Positions 26,810-36,966 of a DNA stretch of 64,000 nt are shown here, in pieces. The stretch lies in NCBI RefSeq assembly GCF_902713615.1, contig NC_052163.1, positions 33,490,248-33,554,247 on the forward strand, in the 5' to 3' direction. Numbering within the stretch: the first letter of the stretch is position 1; each line of letters begins with the position of its first letter. Origin of the DNA: Scyliorhinus canicula (lineage: Eukaryota). The notes below the pieces were generated by a model, which was given only the letters and a program-made list of their open reading frames with translations, made no database searches and was not told the origin of the DNA. Made by a program: the position numbers and the translations under genes.

Positions 26810-27050
26810 CTTACTGCCTGCTCCATAATTTACACGCAGCCACGTCTCTGGAGGTGCAGCTGACAGGCATTTTACCGGACAGCCATATTTTCTGCACGCC
26901 AAGGCATCATTACAGGAGCAATCAGGAGAATACAGGACACAGCCAAGCACTCTGCACTGCACTGCAACACGCCACCTTACAGCTAACCCGCTTTACAGAA
27001 CTGCTACACAACTGCGCCTAGTGCACAAAAATACATGAGACAATAAGATT
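26810..27050 (-). promoter_or_regulatory. SRSF2: Highly conserved SRSF2 3'-UTR element at the terminal acceptor
   Basis: TGTATTTTTGTGCACTAGGCGCAGTTGTGTAGCAGTT...GGTTAGCTGTAAGGTGGCGTGTTGCAGTGCAG...GTGCTTGGCTGT, nearly identical to the recalled human sequence. Confidence 0.85.
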
Positions 27051-27175
27051 AGTATTGGACTGAAATAATAAAAAAAAAGAAAAAGACATATGCAAAGTTG
27101 AAATTTAAAAGATAATTATTTCAGCGTACAGAAAGAGACATTACAAAACCTGGAAATATGTTCCATGCTTTTTAC
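27018..27175 (-). other. SRSF2: SRSF2 alternatively retained 3'-UTR intron (splicing predicted to trigger NMD)
   Basis: Donor AAG|GTAAAA at 27175; acceptor TGTATTTTTGTGCACTAG|GCGCAG at 27018; 158 nt. Confidence 0.8.
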
Positions 27176-27465
27176 CTTATGTACATATCCAAGCCAAAAT
27201 GCATCTGAAGTCGAACATTTCACTAAATTGTAAGAAATTTAAGTAATAGCAACACAGATGGCACATAACATAACGAGTCTTCTCAGACACTAATTTTAAT
27301 TCAAGACTTAAACTGACAAAACCTTATAAACAATGATGTTATAATAACCTTTTAAGTAGATCACTGCTTATTTTAGGAAGGTCTCTCCATCACCTAAACA
27401 GATGGCAAGAGATGATATTTCTTGCAAAGCATCTATCATGTAAATCTTCCAGCTGTCCAGAATAT
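27176..27465 (-). other. SRSF2: SRSF2 non-coding 3'-UTR exon
   Basis: Strong acceptor (CTTCTCTTTTTGTTCTAG|AT). Its 3' part TATGTGCCAT...AATTTAGTGA...GACTTCAGAT...AAG|GTAAAA resembles the recalled human 3' UTR before the retained-intron donor. Confidence 0.75.
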
Positions 27466-28316
27466 CTAGAACAAAAAGAGAAGTTTAAAGTTAAAAAGGT
27501 GTATTCTATTTCACAACTGCAGAAAATATCCAAAATTACCGTATGTACTAGAACTGTTAAAAAAAAAATCACATTTAGTCCACATAGGTGGTTCACCTCA
27601 TCAACATCAAAGTCTTTCCCAGGTTCTTAAAAACAGGATAATTAAATAATAAAAGTGCACTTCCTCCAAAGAGCACATTCCATTAAATTGGCATTTATAG
27701 AATTTTTGGGGTCAACTTTCAAGTCACGTGGTATTGGATCTAAAAAGTTAAATGAAAACTTTAAAGTTTCCACACCATTTAAACTTTCTTGAGTGTACTA
27801 CCTGAAGATAAAGTCGTCTCTACTACAGAAATTAAATTTGACATTTTGTCAAGATGTCAGAATAGGTTAAATATTTTGCAAATTCTAAATGGAAAACAGG
27901 TTAAAAACAGTATTTGGACTTTGGGAATCGTGAATAAAATTCTACATAAAATATAAATATTATAGTTCTCATGTCCGGAGCACAATTCAATTTAAGACAA
28001 TCCAACATCAATTATTTAGAAAGCGCATTTTTAAATTTTGGTTCTGTACACCTCCCCAATAAGAGGTAGAAAATAACTCTTAATACCCCATCTTCACTAT
28101 CAAAGTGCTACAGTATTACCCAGGAAGTACAAAATTCTAAAAGACAATATCGGGAGTTAGATATTTTATTGAAATTTCAGTACTACTTAACTGCAAATAA
28201 TTTGTTTTATCTTACATAGATCGTAAGATTAATATTCAATCTACAAAACAAAACTTCAAGTTAAATCATTGTACTAAGCTGGTCCAAAACTTAGAATGTT
28301 CCAATAGTATTATCAT

Positions 28317-28568
28317 CAGGTTGAATTAAGTAATAGTCTGTTGTGCACGTGTAGTTCCCAGTTAGTTTACTTTCAGGACGACATTTCACAAATTGCAGGC
28401 GCTATCGTTTAAATGCTATATAAAGTTGATTATATATATCACCAGGTTGAATGAAATAATAGTCTGTTGTGCACATGTAGTTCCCAGTTAGTTTACTTTC
28501 AGGATAACATTTCACAAGTTGCAGACTTTATCATTTAAATGCTATATAAAGTTGATTATACATATATA
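28317..28568 (+). repeat. Tandem duplication, 126-bp period
   Basis: CAGGTTGAAT...AAGTTGATTATA copies start at 28317 and 28443. Confidence 0.9.
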
Positions 28569-31500
28569 TAATATATATATATATATCTACAAGACTGCAT
28601 TTTATAGTAATATTAATCCAAGACTTCAACATCTATAATAATCCCACACTTGAAAGTCAGGAGCTTGATGAAATACTCACCCGTTGCCTGGATGGATGCA
28701 GCCACAACAAAACTGAAGAAAAGTGGCACTATCCAAGACAAAGCAATCCGTTTGCTCAGCACCCTTGCCAGTGAACTCAATATCCATACCTCCACCATCA
28801 GTGTATTGCGACTGCAGTACATATAATCCACAGGATGCAGTACATCAACTCACCAAGTTTACTCCAACAGCACCTACCTGCCAAATGACCTCTACCACCC
28901 TGAAGAATACGAGAAGCAAAATCATGGATACATCATCATGATCCCCAAGACACAAATGGATTCTGACTTGGGGCTAAAAATAACTGTTCCTTTAACATTG
29001 CTGGGTAAAAAATCTGAAGTGCCACCCAACCTCACTGGAGCATCACTGCTACTATTCTGTGTTTCTATTACAAGGACTGCAGCAGTTGAAGGTGGTCCAC
29101 CACTACTTAGTCAGTGTAACTGGGGTTAAGCAATTGCAGACCTTGCCAAAACTAATGCAAGAGCATATTAAATATTTGATTCTCAAATTGAAGGCACACA
29201 CGTATGGTGAACTCTGAAACCATTATAGAGGTGATGATAGAAATATTAGTTAACTCTGCCAAAAAAGAAATTATGTCTCATCTTACATTAAATTCTGAGA
29301 AATTAACTCAAATATCTTTAAATAATTTCAAATCTTATTTTGTACAAAAAATATTTAGATGACCATAATGTGGAATCTGTATCAGTCGCGAGATGCAACT
29401 TTACCAATAATTTTCCAGCATCTAAAGCAATCGGCAATGTAGAAATTTAAAAGAAATTGCAATATCAACCAACAAATTTTCCACAAACTTACAACTTTAA
29501 AAGCCGAAGTGCAAGCAAAAAGGTTAGCTGAAAATTAGAACTAAACTACATGGAAATAGGCTAATTTTTCACCCGTTTTACTTCCAAAAGGTGAGGAATT
29601 GTGTAACTGAAATAAGATAATCTCCTTTAATGAAAGAGATGAGACACTATGACAGTTGAAGAAGCTTGACTGTTACCACGTGGCTAATAAAGAGAACATT
29701 TAAATTTGCAAAATATTGATAGGTATATTGGACCCAACAAATGAACTGAAAATTGACATATCTAGAGTTGTGCATGGAAATATCTCAAGCCCAAATCCAG
29801 AATGAGCATCACGAAACTACAGACTACTTTTGTTGAGCACTCAAGTATCAGAAAAGTTTTGTTGGCAATGTGCAAAGAAGTTCCACTTGCAGGTTGAAGC
29901 TATATGCTGGGAGTGGCGAACAGGGGGTGTAGATTGTAAGTGAAGGTCTAATAGTGAAAAAAATGGAGCAAAGAAAGGATTTTAAAAAATACACAAGATG
30001 TTCAGGGCAGCTGTCATCTGCCCGTGAGATCAAACGTGCTGCTGGATTAAATGACATCGCCATATTTGTGATCTCCAGCAAATAGACTACTAGGCCCAGT
30101 GACACAGTGAGCACTTTAACTGGTTCAATCAGATTGCTACAAATGAAGACAAACTAATTGTAAAAATGAAACTAGGATATTTTGCAGTTACAAGGGTGGA
30201 ACGGTCATCTTATGATTACCCAATTATGGAAATTCTGGACAATGACAAAACATGTACAAGAATGAAGGTGTCAAATGAATACAAGATGCAGTCATGAGAA
30301 CAGTAAATTTACTGGAGACTAGTGGGCACAGCATTCTACTGAAATTGATCTTTGCTTACTGCACTCCGAATCTATGTAGACATGGCTAATAACGGCACTT
30401 TTGGAACAAAATTGGGTGGAAAAGCAAGGTTAAGGGCAAGGCACAGTCCAATTTTATTCTAGAGGTGGGTGCCATAAAAGTAATTCACTGTAATATTATG
30501 TCCAGTTATTTTGCCACCATGACCAGATGCCTAATTTGAAAAAATTAACAATTTTACGGCAATTAGAAAAATAAAACTCAAGATCTACTTGAATCATTAA
30601 ATGCCAATTTGTATACTGGTTGCAACAAATTGGATCATCCAGGTTTACAAGAATGGAGGGAGTGGTCAAATTTGTATTCTGTTCAATGTAACAAATGGCG
30701 TCAATCTGAAACATGAACCGTGGTTTTCTTTTTTCAAATGCTAACAGCTATTGTAATATTTTCTGGCTTTGCTTTAATTTGTTTTCGAAATCATACTCAT
30801 CCCCAGAGCAGCTTTTAACTATCATTAAACTTCAGACAGCAAGTTCTTTGCAAGATTAAGTTGAGTGTACAGGACTCAAATTTTCTGAAGTCCCTGAAGG
30901 ATAGAGGGACCAGCAGCATATATTGTTTTTTGTTCCAACACCATATTCTCAGATTGTCTATATCACTTGTTCTTTAAAACAAATATAATGAATTTCCTGA
31001 CTTTCTATTTCTGCCACTGCTGTACAAATGTGAATGTGGATGATAAACTAAGGAAATGGTTTGAAAAAGTTACTGTGCCTTTAGTGTGAAGGAGCCAAAT
31101 TATCAGAAGAGGCAGCATCTTGGATCATGACTTCAGCAACTCTGTAATTTCAACTGTTTGTTCATTCAGCTCTCACACTGCTGGGCACAGCAACTCCCCC
31201 AGGCCAGTACCCCTGCTAAATAGGAAAAAATGCAAGTTAAGGTAAACAATTCCTTGTAAACAATTTTTATTAAAGCAAGGATTTTCTCTGGAGAATGTTT
31301 CTCCCTCACTGATGCACACAGACAGTGTGCAAGAGGTAATTACCAGCATCACACTGCCTCTGGGCCGAATACTTCCAGCTGGAGCGTCTTGCAAATTCAG
31401 TCAATAGACCGTCAATTACACAATGTTTGCTTCTGGTTGCTGATCAAAAGGGAGGTCATTAACTCACAAATGATGAAATACACAGGATTACTCGGCCTGC

Positions 31501-31846
31501 AGTATTATTATACTGACTGTCCATGTTGATGAAAGTTTCAGTTGCATGAACAGCAGCATATAGATGGACATGCAAAGGTTTCAACAGTATAAAATTGGTA
31601 GCTCAGGAAAACATCTTCCTATGACTGAAATTTCACTGTAAGTCAAGGGTTAAAGGAGTTCGTATCAAGATTTTTCCCACCAGTTTCACGCAGTTTAATG
31701 CAACTCTAACACAAATTGTCTAGATATTTGTTGGTTCTATGTTCCCCCTAAAACGATAAATATGTTTTACTCTCCCATGTAAAAGGTCTCAAAAATAATT
31801 CCACCAACTTTGTGCATCTACTTACTTTGGTGCAATTTACCACTTT

Positions 31847-32111
31847 TTATGGTGATTCAATGCCATCTTTCTGTGGAGATCTTGAATAAATTGGGGTTCT
31901 AGACCTGGATTTCGACTTCGAACCGTGAGACATCCGAGATCCACTTCTAGACCTCGATCTTGACCGAGACTTTGATTTAGACTTTGATCTCTCAACAGAT
32001 CTAGATTTTGATGGGGATCTAGATCGAGAATATGATCGAGACCGGGACCGACTGTAGCGAGATCTTGATCTAGTTCGGCTTCTTGTACGAGATCGACGTC
32101 GTCTTCTAGGA
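31847..32111 (-). CDS. SRSF2: SRSF2 coding exon 2 (RS domain)
   Basis: Acceptor CTCTTAG|T; [27 protein letters not shown]...ESP*; phase-2 join matches exon 1. Confidence 0.96.
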
Positions 32112-32828
32112 CTAAGAGGAAAGGATAGTTTTAGTGAGACAAAACTCAGTAAAAGTGTATGAAATACCACTGGTAAGTCAGCATAAAGCTACTGTTTTGC
32201 ATATTTCGCATCCCTGGAACTGCTTCTGCAGCTAAAAGTGTTTCACAGGCAACAGTCACCCTGAACTGTCATTTTTATCTTGCATATGTGGTTCACGGGT
32301 ATTGGTACAAAATGGAACTATGGGCAACGCAAGTGAAGACGAACCACCAACTAAAAATCCACCTCTGTGCAGTTTCCAACAACCCCTGTAAATTATCAGC
32401 AGTATTTCCAACCTGACTTCTGCTGAGCTCATGAAACATGTCATACAGATTTCCACCTAGTTTTCATTCAAACTATTAAATGCAACTTTCAACTGCCAGG
32501 CATCATTTCTCCTAAAACAGCAAAATATAAACACTCAATCATCATGTCCCACACGGCACTAAGCAAGAGCTGAAATGGTCCAGAAGCAAACCAACCCAAC
32601 GAAGAGGGACTTGCACAGATTGAAGCAGTACATTGTTCTAAAGAGAGACACGATTTTTCCATTAAAAATTTTCACAGAACCAGATACACAAGACTGCACT
32701 AAAACACAAAAGACATACTTCAGAAAATGTCCATAAATTCATGATCTGGAGATGCCAGCGTTGGACTGGGGTGAGCACAGTAAGAAGTCTTACAACACCA
32801 GGTTAAAGTCCCACATGTTTGTTTTAAA

Positions 32829-32863
32829 CACTAGCTTTCGGAGCACTGCTCCTTCCTCAGGTG
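32829..32863 (-). ncRNA. Minimal hammerhead ribozyme motif, sense to SRSF2 pre-mRNA
   Basis: Core identical to 897-931: CAC-CTGAGGA-A-GGAGCAGTGCTCC-GAAA-GCTA-GTG. Confidence 0.65.
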
Positions 32864-33381
32864 AATGAAGAGGTAGGTTCCAGAAACATATATATAGACA
32901 AATTCAAAGATGCCAGACAATGCTTAGAATGCGAGCATTTGCAGGTAATTGAATCTTTACAGATCCAGAGATGGGGGTAACCCCAGGTTAAAGAGGTGTG
33001 AATTGTCTCAAGCCAGGACAGTTGGTGAGATTTCGCAAGCCCAGGCCAGATGGTGGGGGATGAATGTAATGCGACATGAATCCCAGGTTCCGGTTGAGGC
33101 CGTACTCATGTGTGCGGAACTTGACTATAAGTTGCTGCTCAGCCATTCTGCGTTGTCACGCGTCCTGAAGACCGCCTTGGAGAATGCTTACCCGGAGATC
33201 AGAGGCTGAATGCCCTTGACTGCTGAAGTGCTCCCCGACTGGAAGGGAACATTCCTGCCTGGTGATTGTCGTGGGATGTCCGTTCATTCGTTGTTGCAGC
33301 GTGGTTTCGTGTGGTACTGGGGTTACCCCCATCTCTGGATCTGTAAAGATTCAATTACCTGCAAATGCTCACATTCTAGGC

Positions 33382-33567
33382 ATGAAATGAAATGAAAATC
33401 GCTTATTGTCACGAGTAGGCTTCAATGAAGTTACTGTGAAAAGCCCCTAGTCGTCACATTCCGGCACCTGTTCGGGGAGGCTGGTACGGGAAATGAACCA
33501 TGTTGCTGGCCTGCCTTGGTCTGCTTTAAAAGCCAGCGATTTAGCCCAGTGTGCTAAACCAGCCCCT
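33382..33567 (-). mobile_element. Short tRNA-derived SINE with (CATTT)n tail, nested in the Penelope arm
   Basis: GGGGCTGGTTTAGCACAC...CAGTAACTTCATTGAAGCCTACTCGTGACAATAAGCGATTTTCATTTCA; same family at 40082, 58227 and 59030. Confidence 0.85.
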
Positions 33568-34514
33568 GTGTGGCATCTTTGAATTTGTCTATATATATAT
33601 GTTTCTGGAACATACCTCGTCATTCACCTGAGGAAGCTAGTGTTTGAAACAAACATGTTGGACTTTAACCTGGTGTTGTAAGACTTCTTACTGTCCATAA
33701 ATTCAATTTGCCTTCGAAAAGCAATCCTGATTATTGCATAAATAAATTTGTTAATGGTCAGGCTAAATTTCTGGAAATTCTAAACAATAGACCAAGAAAG
33801 GTGCCACCTGCCCAAACACTTCTTTCCAAATGTTGTCACAACTAAACCACGAAGAAACAAAATAAAAATCGTATTTTAACCGCAGAACCCAAAGTACACT
33901 GTTCGCCCTCAGTACAAGTGATGCTACATAATCCTTTGCGGCCAGGCTCAGTGAGCTCGTCCTTATCACAAAAAACTGCAACAAAAGAGTCAACTTTTAA
34001 TAACCGTCTGGAGCCTGTGAAAACAGAGCCTCCTCCTTCAGTGCAATATCTATTAGCTGGTACTACAAAGATAAACGGTTAAAATGAAAACATATCTACT
34101 GGAGAAAGGGGGGAATCTATCACCACTTAAAACAAACCCATATTAGCCAAGGAGAAAATCTCAGCAGGTCTGGCAGCATCTGTAGGGAGAGAAAAGAGCT
34201 AACGTTTCGAATACAGATGACCCGTTGTCAAAATTGACTAGCCTTTTGATTTGAAGTTAAATCTAACTAATTGTCTCTTATAGGCAAATTCATACGGCGA
34301 GGATTGGCTGAATCTGAAGCCTGCTCCCCTCAGCCTGAAGCAAACACTGACCAGCCCCAGCCTTACAGCTATCGTTAGACATGTCAAACAAAAAGTTTGA
34401 GGAGTGAAGGCCGATTTCGGAGTTTTAAAAAAATGTATTTAGTCCATCGCAGGAGCTTCGGGAGGGCGAAAGGAGGCCGTCAATCCAACCCCCGACAATC
34501 CCTCCTTCACTGAC

Positions 34515-34870
34515 CTGCGGCTGCTCCTCCGCCCGTAAGCGCCGCCGTACCGGCGGGACGAGCCTCCTCTCCGGTGGGACTCTGCCGGCCGGCCGTAGCG
34601 CGCCATCTGCACCCTCAGCTCCCGGCCGTCCAGCACCGCGCCGTCCATGGCGTCGATGGCATCCTCGGCGTCCCGCTTGTCGTGGAAGCGGACGAAGGCG
34701 AAGCCGCGGCTCTCCCGGGTGAAGCGGTCCCGCGGGATGTAGACGTCGCCCACTTTGCCATACTTTTCGAACACGCGCTTCAGCGTCTCGGGCGACGTGC
34801 GGTAGGTCAGGTTGTCCACCTTCAGCGAAGTCATCCCCTCGATGTCGGGCGGCATTCGACCGTAACTCAT
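34515..34870 (-). CDS. SRSF2: SRSF2 coding exon 1 (RRM)
   Basis: [71 protein letters not shown]...QMARYGRP; donor AG|GTCAG at 34514. Confidence 0.98.
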
Positions 34871-35450
34871 CCCTGTTGGCGGCCTGAGCTCCGGCTAACA
34901 AGCGGCTGGGGTGAGAGACTTGTTGACTCGGGATCGGTGCGAAACCCGCCACAAGCCACCGCCTGATCCGACCACAATCACAAGATGGCGCCGGCCCGAC
35001 CCGGAAACGCTCCCTCTCCTCGCCCAAAAGCGCAATAACCCAACCCACTTAATTTGATCAGACACAAGAACCTGTTCCCGGCGCACGTCCTCCCTCTTTT
35101 TTTTGGGGGGGGTGGGGGGGGGAAGAAAATCAACCCTTTTAATGTCTGCCCATATATTTTTTTTCTTTGCCGGCCCAGGAAGTTGTGCCACCGCGCCTCC
35201 TGGGAATTGTAGTTCTCCGGCCCTTGCACTTCTCCGTGTCAGCCCGCGCTAAAAGCGGCGGCGCTCGTTTTCGAACGGAAGGTCGTTAGCTACCGCGTCA
35301 CACCCGGCTTTTCAACAACCGAATAATTTTCAACAGCCCGTTTGGAGTGTGGTGCTCGCGTTTGTCGTTTCCGGTGCTGAGGCGGCTGTTTCTGGTTGTC
35401 GAGTCGGTGCCGGTCAGGAGATTGAGTGAGGGGAGGAGGAGCAGCAGAGT
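34871..35450. promoter_or_regulatory. Bidirectional CpG-island promoter and 5' UTRs of SRSF2 and MFSD11
   Basis: CpG-rich. YY1-like CAAGATGGCG at 34981; ETS-like CCGGAAAC 35001 and CAGGAAGT 35176; ZNF143/THAP11-type ACTACAATTCCCAG on the minus strand at 35200-35213. Confidence 0.8.
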
Positions 35451-35452
35451 CC

Positions 35453-36274
35453 GTCAGTGAGGTGAGGGCTATCAGCCAGCCAGCCAGTCAGTCAGTCAGT
35501 GAGGTGAGGGCTATCAGCCAGTCAGTCAGTCAGTGAGGAGGGCGATATCAGCCAGCCAGTGAGGAAGGGGCTATCAGCCAGCTAGTCAGCGAGGAGGGGC
35601 TATCAGCCAGTCAGTCAGTGAGGAGGGCGATATCAGCCAGCCAGTGAGGAAGGGGCTATCAGCCAGCTAGTCAGCGAGGAGGGGGATATCAGCCAGCCAA
35701 TGAGGAGGGGGATATCAGCCAGTCAGTGAGGAGGGGGATATCAGCCAGTCAGTGAGGAGGGGGATATCAGCCAGTCAGTGAGGCAGGGGATATCAGCCAG
35801 TCAGTGAGGAGGGGGATATCAGCCAGTCAGTGAGGAGGGGGATATCAGCCAGTCAGTGAGGAAGGGGATATCAGCCAGCCAGCTAGTCAGTGAGGAGGGG
35901 GATATCAGCCAGCCAGCTAGTCAGTGAGGAGGGGGATATCAGCCAGTCAGTGAGGGGGGAGGACAGTCAGTCAGTCAGTCAGTGAGGAGGGGGATATCAG
36001 CCAGTCAGTGAGGAGGGGGATATCAGCCAGTCAGTGAGGGGGGAGGACAGTCAGTCAGTCAGTGAGGAGGGGGATATCAACCAGCCAGCCAGTCAGTGAG
36101 GAGGGGGAGGACAGACAGTCAGTGAGGAAGGGGATATCAGCCAGCCAGTCAGTGAGGAGGGGGAGGACAGACAGTCAGTGAGGAAGGGGATATCAGCCAG
36201 CCAGTCAGTGTGAGGAGGGGGATATCAGCCAGTCAGTCAGTCAGTGAGGAGAAGGATATCAGCCAGGCAGTGAG
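35453..36274 (+). repeat. Minisatellite with ~26-bp core GAGGAGGGGGATATCAGCCAGTCAGT and variable CAGC/CAGT tetramers
   Basis: Directly visible tandem array of roughly 30 variant units. Confidence 0.95.
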
Positions 36275-36452
36275 TGAGGGAGGGAAGGAGGAGGGGGATA
36301 GTCAATGAGTGTAGTGAGAGATTTGTTGAGTGAGGAGGGAGAGAGTCCTCAAAAGCAATCCAATGCCTTGAATTTTGAAGACTTGTTTTGAAGTTCCTCA
36401 GTGGCAGCGTGAGATTTAAGATACAACTAGCAGGTGTCTGATACGCTTCACA

Positions 36453-36548
36453 ATGACGGCAGAAGGAACTAAACTGACGAATGTCATCATTTTGGGATTT
36501 GGCTTTATGTTGGTTTTCAGTGCCTTCCAAACCTGCGGCAACATTGAA
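36453..36548 (+). CDS. MFSD11: MFSD11 first coding exon
   Basis: MTAEGTKLTNVIILGFGFMLVFSAFQTCGNIE; donor GAA|GTAAGT. Confidence 0.93.
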
Positions 36549-36644
36549 GTAAGTGCTTGTCTTCTGAATCTTGGATACTGCCATTATTTCATACAGTGGG
36601 GAAGGAATTGATAGACTTTTGCATTTTTAAAAAGTATTTTAGCA

Positions 36645-36966
36645 CCATTGGAACCATGAAATCGCTATAGTGCCAAAGGAGGCCATTGTCCATTAAGTCT
36701 GCACCGACCCTCTGGAAGAGCAATCTACCCTGATCCACTCTGCGCAACCCCACCTCACCTTTGGACACTAAAGGGACAATTTTTGCATCGCCAATCCACC
36801 TAACCTGCAGATATTTGGGCTGCAGGAGGAAACCGGAGCACACGGAGGAAACCCACACAGACACTGGGAGAAAGTGCCAACTCCACACAGTCACCCAAGG
36901 CCAGGATTGAACCCGGGTCCCTGGTGTTGCGAGGCAGCAGTGCTAACCACTGCCACCATACTGCCC
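36645..36966 (-). mobile_element. Full-length V-SINE with CR1-type tail
   Basis: tRNA head, V-domain GGGTTTCCTCCGTGTGCTCCGGTTTCCTCC, and tail. Confidence 0.85.

Larger units (their letters stand above)
32742..33691 (-). mobile_element. Truncated Penelope-like retroelement with inverted pLTRs and a GIY-YIG remnant, in SRSF2 intron 1
   Basis: Minus strand ~33045-33310 reads LQQRMNGH...PVGEHFSSQGHSASDLRVSILQGG...AEQQLIVKFRTHEYGLNRNLGFMSHY. Inverted arms at 32777-32986 and 33317-33694. 14-bp direct repeat TGTCCATAAATTCA at 32728 and 33692. Confidence 0.88.
26630..34870 (-). other. SRSF2: SRSF2 (SC35) gene span, CDS complement(join(31847..32111,34515..34870)), 206 aa, plus 3'-UTR exons
   Basis: RRM plus RS domain spliced in frame (356+265 nt); 3'-UTR blocks resemble the recalled mammalian SRSF2 3' UTR. 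Confidence 0.96.

Noticed and set aside
31470-31517. C/D-box-like ATGATGA...CTGA
   Set aside because: Too short, no terminal stem, and antisense to the host transcript
34425-35048. 207-aa alternative-frame ORF overlapping SRSF2 exon 1, and antisense ORF 34574-34966
   Set aside because: Non-ATG start, low-complexity product, and it runs into the intron; expected shadow ORFs of GC-rich coding DNA
35453-36274. Possible CRISPR-like array
   Set aside because: No unique spacers and a vertebrate context; it is a minisatellite
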